From Octopus vulgaris (Eukaryota), in the NCBI GenBank assembly GCA_951406725.2, contig OX597839.1, positions 22,258,001 to 22,322,000 on the forward strand: a DNA stretch of 64,000 nt, in the 5' to 3' direction. The notes beneath the pieces were generated by a model. The model saw only the letters and a program-made list of their open reading frames with translations, ran no database searches and was not told the DNA's origin. The stretch's first letter is position 1. Every line of letters starts with the position of its first letter. Made by a program: the position numbers and the translations under genes. Of the stretch, positions 50,625-64,000 are shown piece after piece.

Positions 50625-50985
50625 GAAATCGAAATCGAATTGAACCAGCCAGGATCCCTGGTCTGGTGGTACGTAAAAAGCACTATCCGACTCGTGGCCG
50701 ATGCCAGCGCCGTTTCGACTGGCTTCCGTGCCGGTGGCACGTAAAATACACCAATCCAACCGTGGCCGATGCCAGCCTCGCCTGGCACTTGTGCAGGTGG
50801 CACGTAAAAAGCACCCACTACACTCACGGAGTGGTTGGCGTTAGGAAGGGCATCCAGCTGTAGAAACATTGGCAGATAAGACTGGAGCCTGGTGCAGCCT
50901 TCTGGCTTCCCAGATCCCCGGTCAAACCGTCCAACCCATGCTAGCATGGAGAACAGACGTTAAACGATGATGATGATGATGATGA
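50625..50985 (+). mobile_element. RTE 3' UTR-derived element
   Basis: GGTGGCACGTAAAA subrepeats and the RTE tail with (TGA)n. Confidence 0.85.
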
Positions 50986-51184
50986 TATGAGTGCAGAAAC
51001 AAAACTTTTAAAACACACAAACCATCTTTGTACAAGAAAAAATTCTTTCATTAATTTTCTATTTTTACCAAACTCTTTGGACGCCCACTTTGTTCTCTTG
51101 AAACAGTAAATTGATTCTATGTTTGCAAAATGCCTTTGCTGAGACAATAACTTTATGCCAAAATAATAACAGATTTATGTAAAA

Positions 51185-51697
51185 CTAGCAGTATCGCCCG
51201 GCGTTGCTCAGGTTTGTAAGGGAAATAACTATATAAGCATTTTTAGAGAGTTACTTCCCTTATAGATGCCAATTCGGGCTTTCTTAGCCATTTCTGTTTT
51301 GGTGTCTTCAAGCCATGAAGTCGTTGTTCTAAAAGAACACTGGTCTCCTTGACAACGCTTTACGACGTTGATTTCTTTACACTCCCTTCCCCACAGCTTC
51401 ACGAGGGAGGGAAGAAGGGGGAGAAGCAAACAGGTGCAGGTGTGACCATGGACGCCAACTCCGCTGCCATCGACACACGAAAAATTATGCGTTAAAATGG
51501 AATAAAAAATGATGTTAAATTATTTTTAAAATCGTAGACTCATCGTAGACGCGCGCTAATACCCAGAAGGGCTCGATATGAATCACGACTATAAGATACC
51601 CGAATTTGGTTAAACTGCACCGCAAAATGTGGGAGTAGTTAGGAATCTAAATCGAAGGGGACAGACACTCACACAACTACAGTTTTATATATATAGA
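51185..51697 (-). mobile_element. Non-autonomous Helitron
   Basis: Reverse complement of 16660-17162. Confidence 0.9.
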
Positions 51698-51699
51698 TT

Positions 51700-52096
51700 A
51701 GTCCACAACTCTACTGAAGGCAGCATCCATTTGACCATGTGTAGACAATGGAGCAAGGGGATGACCACACTTTAATCAATTTCTCAATTCTTGGCATGAC
51801 AAATGAAAGTCTGACAGTCAGTGATGAATGGAATGGTAAATCTGCTTCAGATGGTTTCAGCATGATACAGAGAATTGGCAAAGAATGTTTTGTGCTGACA
51901 TCAGTAGTTTCACATACATTCATCAGGATCCCCTCTGGCTCTTAATTTTCTAAGATCAAATTCTGTCGGCAGTAATTTTTAAGTCTCCTGTGCAGATATG
52001 TGTGCAGAAGACTATTAAATTATTGCACAGGGGTTCCTCGAGCCAGTGGAATGTTTCCTTGGGGTTCCGCTCCAGCAAAAAGGTTGAAAAGCACTG
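51700..52096 (-). mobile_element. hAT (Charlie-like) relic
   Basis: Terminus CAGTGCTTTTCAACC preceded by CTCTAGAA (Charlie-type target); minus frame ..VCET..VRLSFVMPRIEKLIK resembles a hAT C-terminus. Confidence 0.6.
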
Positions 52097-52109
52097 TTCT
52101 AGAGTAATG

Positions 52110-52420
52110 TTACTTGACAGGGGGCATAGCTTGGAGATGAAGGAGTTGCTCCAGGTTGAACCCCTACCTCTCTGCACTGAGAGATCACAGCTCCCAGTGC
52201 TAAGGACATGTGTTTAGAATGATAGAGGAAAGAATCCCAAGACGGATTCTTCAAACCAAGTCAGTTGGCAGAAGATCTCGAGGTAGATCAAGAATGAAAT
52301 GGTTGAATAATGTCCATGGTCGCAGTTGAGCAAGTTTGGGTATTGAGCCAGAAAGTCAAAGACTTCTGATAGGACCTGATGGAAGGGAAGTTTGGAAAAG
52401 AACACCAGCTGAGTGAATGA
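52110..52420 (+). mobile_element. RTE LINE C-terminal relic
   Basis: LQVEPLPLCTERSQL..LGHVFRMIEERIPRRIL..GRRSRGRSRMKWLNNV. Confidence 0.75.
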
Positions 52421-53315
52421 ACCAGCAGAAAACAACGAGAATCTTCAGAGTTTGGTATAAAGGCTCATGATCACTGATGCTTGTAGACATGGCACATGAA
52501 GAGAGAGGCATGGCACATGAAGTTTTGCTCATCAAGCTCTCTCTTTTACTCTTTTACTCTTTTACTTGTTACAGTCATTTAACTGCGGGCATGCTGGAGC
52601 ACCGCCTTTTAGTCGAGCAAATCGATCCCTGGACTTATTCTTTGTAAGCCCAGTACTTATTCTATCGGTCTCTTTTGCCGAACCGCTAAGTGACAGGGAC
52701 GTAAACACACCAGCATCGGTTGTCAAGCAATGCTAGGGGGACAAACACAGACACACACACACATACATATATATATATACGACAGGCTTCTTTCAGTTTC
52801 CGTCTACCAAATCTACTCACAAGGCATTGGTCAGCCTGAGGCTATAGCAGAAGACACTTGCCCAAGATGCCACGCAGTGGGACTGAACCCGGAACCATGT
52901 GGCAGGTTAGCAAGCTACTTACCACACAGCCACTCCTACGTCTACATATTTTATTAAAACAAATAAATGAATTAATAGACATTTGCAGCTTTGTTTGTAT
53001 TTACAGGTGCCCAACACATTGATAACTGGTTCTCTGCTTTTATGACAGACTGACAAGGGAGTGCCTGCGAATTGATGCAGAACAAATAGCTCAAGGGACT
53101 TCGTTTGGAGGGAACTGATTTACTGGTTTCCTTCGTTTATGTTTATATCACCCGTCGATATACACTGATGGAAAACAGACACACAGACAGATATACTGAT
53201 ACACATGCACAAATATATGATAGAAACTTATGGGTGGTGGGTGGCTTCTACACAATTTCTGTAAATACTTATGTCTGATTAATTATGAATTTGTGTGTGG
53301 CTGTGTGTAAGTATA

Positions 53316-53357
<42 letters not shown>

Positions 53358-53439
53358 CCTGCCAGCACCCTCTGGCTCTTCTGTTCTTGTCAAACCAGCC
53401 AACCCAATGCCAGTATGGAAGAAAGGACATGAAAGGATG

Positions 53440-53477
<38 letters not shown>

Positions 53478-53499
53478 AATATATATATATATATATCAT

Positions 53500-54140
53500 C
53501 ATCATCATCATCATCATCATTTAACGTCCGCTTTCCATGCTAGCATGGGTTAGATGGTTCAACTGGGGTCTGGGGAGCCCGAAGGCTGCACCAGGCCAGT
53601 CAGATCTGGCAATGTTTCTACAGCTGGATGCCCTTCCTAACGCCAACCACTCCGAGAGTGTAGTGGGTGATTTTATGTGCCACCGACACAGGTGCCAGAC
53701 GAGGCTGGCAGACGGCCATGCTCGGATGGTGTTTTTATGTGCCACCGACACAGGTGCCAGATGAGGCTGGCGAACGGCCACGATCAGATGGTGTTTGTTA
53801 CGTGCCCACAGCACGGAGGCCAGTCGATGCGGTACTGGCTACGGCCACGTTCGGATGGTTTTCTTGTGTGCCACCGGCACTGGTACCACAAAGATACAAA
53901 TTCCATTGATGTTCATCTATTTTGATTTGATTTGATTTTGATTTTCACTTGCCTCAACAGGTCTTCACAAGTGTCACAAGAAGGAAGGTATGCACAGGTG
54001 GACTGACTACGTCCCAGGTAGGGTCCACGGGTTATGGCCTGACTAGTCTTGCCGGGTCTTTGAATGGTGTTTTTATGTGCCACCTACACAGGTGCCAGAT
54101 GAGGCTGGCGAACGGCGTTTGTTATGTGCCCACAGCACGA
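53500..54140 (-). mobile_element. RTE 3' UTR-derived element
   Basis: Matches 28485-28905 and extends further into the UTR. Confidence 0.85.
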
Positions 54141-54424
54141 TATATATATATATATACATATATACATATATATATTATATATAGCAGACGCAGGAGTGGC
54201 TGTGTGGTAAGAAACTTGCTTCCCAACCACATGGTTTCGGGTTCACTCCCACTACGTGACACCTTAGGCAAGTGTCTTCTACTATAGCCTCAGGCCAGCC
54301 AAATCCACTTTTGGTAGATAGAAACTGTAAGAAGCCCATCATATATGTGTGTGTGTGTGTGTGTGCATATATATTTGCATGTCTGTGTTTGTCCCCGCAC
54401 CATCGCTTGACAACTGATGCCCGT

Positions 54425-54457
<33 letters not shown>

Positions 54458-55729
54458 ATATGTATTTGTTATGTGTCTGTGTTTGTCCACCCACCATCAC
54501 TTGACAACCGATGTTGGTGTGTTTATGTCCCCATAACTTAGCAGTTTGGCGAAAAATAAGCACTAGGATTACAAAGAAATAGTCCGGGGTTGATTTGCTT
54601 GACTAAAGGCTGTGCTCCAGCATGGCCACAGTCAAATGATCGAAACAAATAAAAGAATATATATATTCTGTGGTAAGTGGCTGTGTGGTAAGTAGCTTGC
54701 TAACCAGCCACATGGTTCCGGGTTCAGTCCCACTGCGTGGCACCTTGGGCAAGTGTCTTCTGCTATAGCCCCGGGTCCAACCAAAGCCTTGTGAGTGGAT
54801 TTGGTAGACGGAAACTGAAAGAAGCCTGTCGTATATATGTATATATATATATATGTGTATGTGTTTGTGTGTCTGTGTTTGTCCCCCTAGCACTGCTTGA
54901 CAACTGATAGAATAAGTACTGGGCTTACAAAGAATAAGTCCCGGGGTCGATTTGCTCGACTAAAGGCGGTGCTCCAGCATGGCCGCAGTCAAATGACTGA
55001 AACAAGTAAAAAGAAAAAGAAAAAGAAATATATATATACACACACACACACACATACATAGAATGACACACGTGAAGAAATGTATGCGTTTCACCATGTA
55101 CACACTGGTAGTAATATTTGTGTGTGTATATAAATAAAAGGTGGTGTATTCATATAAAATACGCAAGACATGATCAATGACCCCAGGTAAAGGAATCTGA
55201 AAGAAGAGAGAGAGAGAGAGATGAGAAAGGAGGAATAGCTTTGTAGGTGGGGTGGTGGTGGTGGGAGGAATTTAAGAAAAGTCAACATCAAACAAAGGGA
55301 GGAAGGAGAAAAGATGACCAAAACTGAACGATGAGGTGGGCGGTGACTAACAGACAGACAGACCAATGCCATAAACTCTGCAGCAGCCACGAAGAAGAGT
55401 TTGTTCTCTCTTTACAGGAATTCAGAAATTCTAAACACATTAATGTGTGTGTAATGTATGTATAATGTATGTATATTAATATCGTATTAAGCAAACAAAT
55501 GCTATTGTTGTCAGTCGGTCAGCTTTTACACAGCAGATTGTAAAGACTGTTGCAAGGCTGAATCGAACTCTCTTCCACTGGCGGTAAAATCAATAATTCT
55601 CCATTGTGAACTTCGTGTTGCTTGAGTTTTGTTTCTTGTTTGTCGTTTGTCGTTTGGTTTACTAGAATACGGATGGATGGTTGGTAAATGCCACTGCCTA
55701 CCTATCCATTGTTCTTATTTTCATAGCAC

Positions 55730-57046
55730 ACATATATATACACACACACACATACACGTATTCACACACACACACACACACAAACACATATATGCAAACA
55801 TATAGACACACATATATTTATATATATACACAAACATACACACACACACACACATATATATACATACATCCACACACATATATTCACACATACACATATT
55901 CACACACATAAACACATATATGCAAACATATATACACACATATATTTATATATATACACAAACATACACACACACACATATATATATACATACATTCACA
56001 CACATATACACACACACACACACATACACATATTCACACACACAAACACATATATGCAAACATATATACACACATATATTTATATATATACACAAACATA
56101 CACACACACACACACATATATATATGTATACATACATCCACACACATATATTCATACACACACATACACATATATGCACATATATATATATATATATACA
56201 CATGTATACACACACACACACACACACATATATGCAAACATATAGACACACATATATTTATATATATATACACAAACATACACACACACACACACATATA
56301 TATATGTATACATACATCCACACACATATATTCATACACACACATACACATATATGCACATATATATATATATATATACATGTATACACACACACACACA
56401 CAAACACATACATGCAAACATATAGACACACATATATTTATATATATACACAAACATACACACACACACATATATATATATACATACATCAACACACATA
56501 TATTCATACACACACATACACATATATGCACATATATATATATACACATGTATACACACACACACACACAAACACATATATGCACATATATATATATACA
56601 CATGTATACACACACACACACACAAACACATATATGCAAACATATAGACACACATATATTTACATATATACACAAACATACACACACACACACATATATA
56701 TACATACATCCACACACATATATTCATACACACACATACACATATATGCACATATATATATATACACATGTATACACACACACACACATATATACATACA
56801 ATATCAACTGTATAATAATATATTTACTCCGATTTAAAGCGACATTTATTGAAACATTATAAATATATATATACCTGTATATACATATATATATATACAC
56901 ACACATACAAATATATATATATATACCTGTATATACATATATATATACACACACATACAAATATATATATATATACCTGTATATACATATATATATACAC
57001 ACACATACAAATATATATATATACCTGTATATACATATAAATATAA

Positions 57047-57102
<56 letters not shown>

Positions 57103-57250
57103 TTGTATATATGTATATATATACATATATATATGTATATTTATACATATATATATGCACACACACTATATATATACATATACGTACATATATTTATAGA
57201 TGTGTGTATATATACATATACACGTACATGTATATATGTATATGGATACA
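55730..57250. repeat. Complex CA/TA minisatellite
   Basis: Higher-order repeats of CA/TA-rich units. Similar tracts at 29100-29540, 32000-32500 and 39070-39780. Confidence 0.9.
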
Positions 57251-58619
57251 TGTATGTATATAATGTGTTGTGGTATAAATTATTTTGGCCTAGCATGTAT
57301 TTTGCCATTAAGCGATTGTTTTATATTAACGTATTATGTGAATACCTTTTGTGGGGGTGTGTGTATTTGATATTATATATTCATCACGTGTGTTAATACA
57401 TAAATACTTGCTTTGTACTCAGGTAGAAAGGTCTGAGGGAATGAAAAGATAAGATGTTAATGACAGAAGCACAAAAAAATTATAATTTCTGACGAAATAT
57501 AGCAAAAATCTACTGGAAATATTGGTCGTTGGAATGATATGTGTCAGTCCTTGCATTAAGAGATGCTGAAAGTAAAACAATTTTATGCCAAAGATCGGCT
57601 AAATCAGCCACAGTATTGCGGTTTTGATACATTCTTCAGTCTGTGGGCGACATTCAGAACACATTACCGATAGAAGTTCACCTATTTAATGAGGGAAGGT
57701 AACGATTTGGTGTTTGCTCTGAATGTTTGGAGTAAAAGATAAGTGAACCTATTACAGGTAGGTGGTTTGAGGTGAGGTAATTCTCTGCCAAAGAGTTTCA
57801 CACTCGTAACACATTCTTCAGTCGCCAACAGACATTGCAATTTGATGTAAACGAGTTCTGTGACAGAATGGCCAACACAGAAGCTTGGCTTTCGCATTCC
57901 GATTATTTCAAGAATCGGCTTAAACAACCTCTTTCACTGTTCCTTTACTGGTTTCAGTTATTGGACTGCGACCATGCTGGAGCACCAACTTTGACATATT
58001 TTTAGTCGGTCATGGTGAGCTTAGTACTTGTGTATTTCTCCATGCCTGTTTGGTCAAGCCTGTTAGACTGAAGAACTGAAAGGCCACAAGTTGACCACCA
58101 ACACCCAGCGAATTGGCTGGCAGCAGAGAATACAAGGGGACATTTGAGTCTTTGGTCAACAAACAAGTGGACGGGTACTTGGATGGATTCGAGGAATCTC
58201 TCTCAATCTCCCTCTCTCATTCTTTCCTTCCCTCCCTCTCTTCCTCTCTCAGTTTCTGTCTTTGTCTCTCTCCCTTCTCTCTCTCCCTCTATCCTTCCCT
58301 CCTTCTCCCTCTCCTTCCTTCCCTCTCCTTCCCTCCCTCTCCCTCTCATTCTCACTCTATTAGTCTCTGTCTTCCACTGTCTCTCCCTCCCTCTTTCTCT
58401 CTCTCTTTCAGTTTCTCTCTCCCACTGTCTGTCTCTCTCTCTCTCACTCTTTCAGTCTCTGTCTCTTCCTCTGTCTATCTGTCTGTCTCTCTCTCTCTCT
58501 TTGTCTCCCTCTCCCCCTCTCCTTCCCTCCTCTCCTTCCCTCCCTCTCTTTCCCTCGCTCATCTCACCCCCCCTCTCTCTCTCATACACACATGCACATG
58601 CAAGCACACACACACACAC

Positions 58620-58684
<65 letters not shown>

Positions 58685-61347
58685 ATGGAGCTTATAGTTC
58701 AGAGAGTACCATTATTGGAAGATTCAAAGGTGGGCATGTTGGCAGAAACCTTAGCAAGCTGGGTGAAAATGCTTAGCCGTATTTTGTCTGTCTTCATGAT
58801 CTAAGTTCAAATTCTGCCAAGGTTGACTTTGCCTTTCATCCTGTTGGGGTTGATAGAGTACCAGTTGCATACTGGGGTCGATCTAATTGACTGGCCTCCT
58901 CCCCCGAAATTTTGGGCCTTGTGCCTAGAGTAGTAAAGAATATTGGAAGATTCATTTAATTATAACCAATTAGTGGATAATTCATTTCATCTAATTCATT
59001 TCAATATATTGTAATCTCTCTTTTACTCTCTTTTCTCTTTTACTTGTTTCAGACTGCGGCCATGCTGGAGCACCGCCTTTTTTTTTTAGTCGAGCAAATC
59101 GACCCCTGGACTTATTCTTTGTAAGCCCAGTACTTATTCTATCGGTCTCTTTTGCTGAACCGCTAAGTGACGGGGACGTAAACACACCAGCATCGGTTGT
59201 CAAGCAATGCTAGGGGGACAAACACACTCACACAAACACACACACGCATATATATATATATATATATACATATATACGACAGGCTTCTTTCAGTTTCCGT
59301 CTACCAAATCCACTCACAAGGCATTGGTTGGCCCGGGGCTATAGAAGAAGACACTTGCCCAAGATGCCACGCAGTAGGACTGAACCCGGAACCATGTGGT
59401 TGGTTAGCAAGCTACTTACCACACAGCCACTAATTAAAAATAAATATTTGAAAACTTAAATTTAAAAAAGAATCAATGAAATAAAACAATGCCCTCATAA
59501 GGAGCCCCCACCCCACCTCAACTTGTGGAGGCTCGTGGCTCAGTGGTTAGGGTGTTAGACTCATGATTGTAAGTTTGTGGGTTTGATTCTTAGACTGGGC
59601 AACGTGTTGTGTTCTTGAGCAAGACACTTCATTTCACGTTGATCCAGTCCACTCAGCTGGCAAAAATGAGTAACCCTAAGAGGGACTGGTGTCCCATCCG
59701 GGGGTGGAATTTATACACCATGAAAACCAAGAAACCAGCCCTTATGAATTGGTATGACTTGAGAAGGTGACCTTGACCTTTGCCTTTACTCCTCCCCACC
59801 ATTCCCCTTTCATATAGTCTGAGAAGAGGTGTCATCCAAGCCTCAATAAATTCACAACAGTTTTATTCTATTTCTTTGTTTAACAAAATCTTTGTAAAAC
59901 TTATCAATAAGGATTAATCAACCAACAAATGTTAATTAGTCTAAATTACTGCATATAATGCATCTACCCTCGTTTATCACTGGTACTTGGTTCAAAAAGA
60001 AGGAAAAGGCATCATGTTGTGCTTGAGGAGACACATAAAGCTAAGTAAATACATGGTTGTCCTTGCATAAAGGCATGTCCACTGAATCCCTTTCTGGCTG
60101 AGGATTCCTAATTTTCGGGGCTCACGGGTGCCAGTGCCATATAAAAGCACCCATGCCAGTGCCACATAGTGGCACCCATGCCAGTGCAGCATAAAAGCAC
60201 TTAGTGAACTTTGTAAAGTGGTTGGTGCTAGGAAGGGCTGCCAAAAGAGACATGGAACCTAGGCATCTGGCCAGCTCCTGTCAGACAGTCCAACCCATGC
60301 CAGCATGGAAAACGGACTTTAATGATGATGATGAAGATGTAAAATAGGAGTCGTTCTGAGATGCCAAGTCATCTTGAGCATTGTGGATGGTTGCTGGGAC
60401 ACTCTTTTGTAGTCCCAGGAGGATCTTTGATTGCTAATCCGTGTTATCCCAGATCAATCTGGGTTAAGCACATCATGGTTCCATAATTGAGCTTACTGTG
60501 TTATCCTGCATCAGTAATCATCATCATCATTGTTCGACCGTGGTCGAGACAATGGAATTTACCATGCTACGCCAGACTTTATGGTCCATCATGGCATTAC
60601 GGAGGTCCTGTTGCTGGATGCCTGTATCCCTGGAGATTACATCAGAGTAGGAGAGTGTATGCCCTCTGGTATCAGTAATAAATAAATCAGTGATAAACGG
60701 CTTGTGTATATAACATGGTGTCCAACCATGACCTTCGCTGTGATGGTTAAAAAAAAACTAAAATGATAAAAATCATATAACTTCATTATATATTGATTAT
60801 TGATTATATATTATTGATTATAAATTATTGATATTTCAAAATAAAAGTTGTGCAAACATTGATGAATCCTTTGAAATCTTTCCCAAATCATCTCAACAAA
60901 CTTTAACTGATCCACTCCAAATATTCTTTCTAAGAAACCTCTTTGAAGGCAGTTAGAACATCAGGCTCACAAACATGAGGTGGTGAGTTCCATTCCTGGA
61001 CCAGGCTGTGTGTTGTGTTCTTGAGCAAGACATTTTATTTCATTTTGCTCCATGTTCACTCATCTGTAGAAATGAGTTACAACATCACCGATGCCAAGCT
61101 GAATTGGCCCCTTTTTCTTTCTCTTGGATAACATTGGTGGCATGGAGAGGGGAGGCTGGTATGAATGGGCAACTGCTGGACTTGTGCCGCAGAGGGAAAC
61201 TTTCAAGGTGCAATCCCATGGTCATTCATGACCAAAGGGGGGTCCTTTTGTCTTCTTTGTTATATATATATATATCTACAGTTGCCATGATTGACTGCTA
61301 AACCTACTAGTTTTTTTAATTTTCTCTCTCTCTCTTTCTTTGTGTTC

Positions 61348-61384
61348 CTTTCTGTTGAAGAGTGTAGGCTCGAAATGTAAAAGA
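61348..61384 (+). ncRNA. Degenerate copy of the 13308 hammerhead-like motif
   Basis: CTTT-CTGTTGAA-GAGT gtag GCTC-GAAAT-GTA-AAAG in the same repeat context. Confidence 0.45.
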
Positions 61385-61454
61385 CTTTCTCACCTTCCCA
61401 ACCATCAAACTAATACACCTGTCTTCGTCTTTTGTTTTTCTGTAAATTTCAACT

Positions 61455-61493
<39 letters not shown>

Positions 61494-61546
61494 CTCTTTT
61501 ACTCTTTTACTTGTTTCAGTCATTTGACTGCGGCCATGCTGGAGCA

Positions 61547-61582
<36 letters not shown>

Positions 61583-62036
61583 TGGTATGCATGACTGACT
61601 GCTGGTTTTTCATAAACAAACTTGTTTTGACTTGTGCCTAGGAAGGGAACTTTCTAGGTGCAATTCCCTGGCCATTCATGATGGAAAGTGGGTCTTTACC
61701 CCGAATGTGGGAAATGCATGAAAGACTAAAGGACTTAGTGCTTAGGATGTTGCACCCTTGATTTAATGGTGTCATGAGTTTAATTCCTAGACTGGGTGGT
61801 GTGTTGCATTCTTGAGCAAGACACTTCATCATGCCTTGCTCCATGATCCCTTTGATGCCTGACGCATGGTGCACGGTGCAGCTGTTCAGGCAACGTCAAT
61901 TTGATGGAAGGAGAGTGAGCTAATGGGCAGCGAGAACACTTGATCACAGCAAACAAATCCTTTGTGCAAGTTGCTCGGCAAAAAACTGAATGCTCATACA
62001 TTGTCTTTGACAGCAAAGTCCATCATGTATGTATAT

Positions 62037-62067
<31 letters not shown>

Positions 62068-62477
62068 GGTGCAGGAATGGTTGTGTGGTAAGTAGCTTGT
62101 TTACCAACCACATGGTTCCGGGTTCAGTCCCACTGCATGGCATCTTGGGCAAGTGCCTTCTGCTATAGCCTCGGGCCGACCAAAGCCTTGTGAGTGGATT
62201 TGGTAGACGGAAACTGAAAGAAGCCTGTCGTATATATGTATATATATATATGTGTGCGTGTATGTATGTGTGTGTCTGTGTTTGTCCCCCTAGCATTGCT
62301 TGACAACCGATGTTGGTGTGTTTATGTCACTTAGTGGTTCGGCAAATAAGTACTGGGCTTATAAGTACTGGGCTTACAAAAGAATAAGTCCCGGGGTCGA
62401 GTTGCTCAATTAAAGGCGGTGCCCCAGCATGACCGCAGTCAAATGACTGAAACAAGTAAAAGAGTAAAGAGTAAAGA

Positions 62478-62520
<43 letters not shown>

Positions 62521-63226
62521 TCAATAATAATATAGGGTGAAATTAATTAATTTGGAATAATCATTAATTTCACCAAGTAGATTTCGGCATGTAAAAGCCC
62601 CATTCAAGGAAGGTTTAAGTAATACTAAGTAATTAAGGGTTTAGCAACGATTTGCCTCACCACACACCGAATTTAGAAATAGCAGTCAAAGAGTTATGGC
62701 TATTCTTTCTACTTAAAAGGGAGATCCCAGTAAAACCACAGCACTTAAAAGGCAAACAACGCAGGCAAAAGAGAAAGAAATGACGACAATCATTCTATAT
62801 ATGATTGGCGCAGGAGTGGCTGTGTGGTAAGTAGCTTGCTAACCAACCACATGGTTCCGGGTTCAGTCCCACTGCGTGGCATCTTGGGCAAGTGTCTTCT
62901 GCTATAGTCCCGGGCCGACCAATGCCTTGTGAGTGGATTTGGTAGACGGAAACTGAAAGAAGCCCGTCGTATATATGTATATATATATATATGCGTGTGT
63001 GTGTTTGTGTGTCTGTGTTTGTCCCCCTAGCATTGCTTGACAACCGATGCTGGTGTGTTTACGTCCCCGTCACTTAGCGGTTCGGCAAAAGAGACTGATA
63101 GAATAAGTACTGGGCTTACAAAGAATAAGTCCCAGGGTCGAGTTGCTCGATTAAAGGCGGTGCTCCAGCATGGCCGCAGTCAAATGACTGAAACAAGTAA
63201 AAGAGAGTAAAGAATATACATATACA

Positions 63227-63459
63227 CAAGATTGGCCAAAAGTCACCTGACAGTAAATCAAAATTCCATAAATACCATCTTTAATTTTTTATTGACTCAA
63301 ATGGAAAAATGTGTCACAAAAGAAGGACTTCAATTTGAACAATTTTCATGATGTTTCATATTTAGATGCTTTTATTAAATCCATTCAGTTGTTAAACAAA
63401 CATAAATTTGGGAATTAAATGGTTTTGATTTACCGTCAGGTGACTTTTGACCAACCCTG
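63227..63459. mobile_element. Tc1/mariner-type MITE
   Basis: TIRs of about 38 bp (CAGGGTTGGTCAAAAGTCACCTGACGGTAAATCAAAA; left copy slightly diverged), TA at the right flank. Confidence 0.85.
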
Positions 63460-64000
63460 TATGTGTATGTTTGTACATATGTCTGTGCATGTATATAATG
63501 ACAATAATAATAATGTTCGTCCTTCGGGTTCGAAGATGACCACTGACATCATCTGGTGGAACTGCCGCTATGAGGCCGGAGGTGGTTGGTGAGGCCAATC
63601 TGGGCAAGGAAGCCCCTCCCATGTATATAGGTGTGTGCATACATGTATGTATACATTTATGTCTATATTTTATATATGTATTTGAGTGAATTCATGCTTA
63701 CATGCATACATACATACATATATATATATAATATTGGTGAACAAACTAGAAAGGCTTTGGAAGTTATGGAGAGAAAGCCACTATGGAAGACTCATAGTAT
63801 AATAACTGTAATAATCTATCATAGTATTTTATTCTCTGATTTGAATTTACAATTTTTAAATACAACCAAATAACCAAAATATGATGAGCTAACCCTAGCT
63901 AGAATTGAACCCACAAATCAATGCTAACACGGCTCCTTGCACATCTCACTAGGTCAAACATTCACCCATCAGTTTCAGCCAAATTTAGAGAATATATACT

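Noticed and set aside
62565-62615. Minus-strand TTGAATG-GGC..GCC-GAAAT motif in a TA-flanked repeat
   Set aside because: Possibly PLE-derived, but core and stems I/III do not fit a hammerhead.

Overview
AT-rich, repeat-saturated eukaryotic DNA. The SINE families and microsatellite landscape point to an octopus (coleoid cephalopod) genome; this is an inference. No complete host protein-coding gene is visible, and most ORFs in the track are translations of microsatellites or SINEs. The window holds: (1) several tRNA-derived SINE families in dozens of copies; (2) decayed LINEs (RTE, CR1-like, and R4/Dong-like elements with a restriction-like endonuclease); (3) Tc1/mariner elements (DD37D maT, mariner, pogo-like MITE), a hAT relic and four non-autonomous Helitrons with swapped modules; (4) a solo LTR; (5) a Penelope-like GIY-YIG ORF; (6) a probable divergent promoter region at about 18.8-20.5 kb. 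The most striking signal is about 10 hammerhead-ribozyme (HHR) motifs from several unrelated Penelope-type families. Many sit in long fold-back palindromes inside (TA)n tracts. They include a U3-A8 compensatory-core variant in an apparently perfect 420-bp palindrome and a tandem unit joining tRNA-type Pol III boxes to an HHR. There is weaker evidence for decayed Polinton/adintovirus capsid remnants. All calls were made by eye; boundaries of degenerate elements are approximate.
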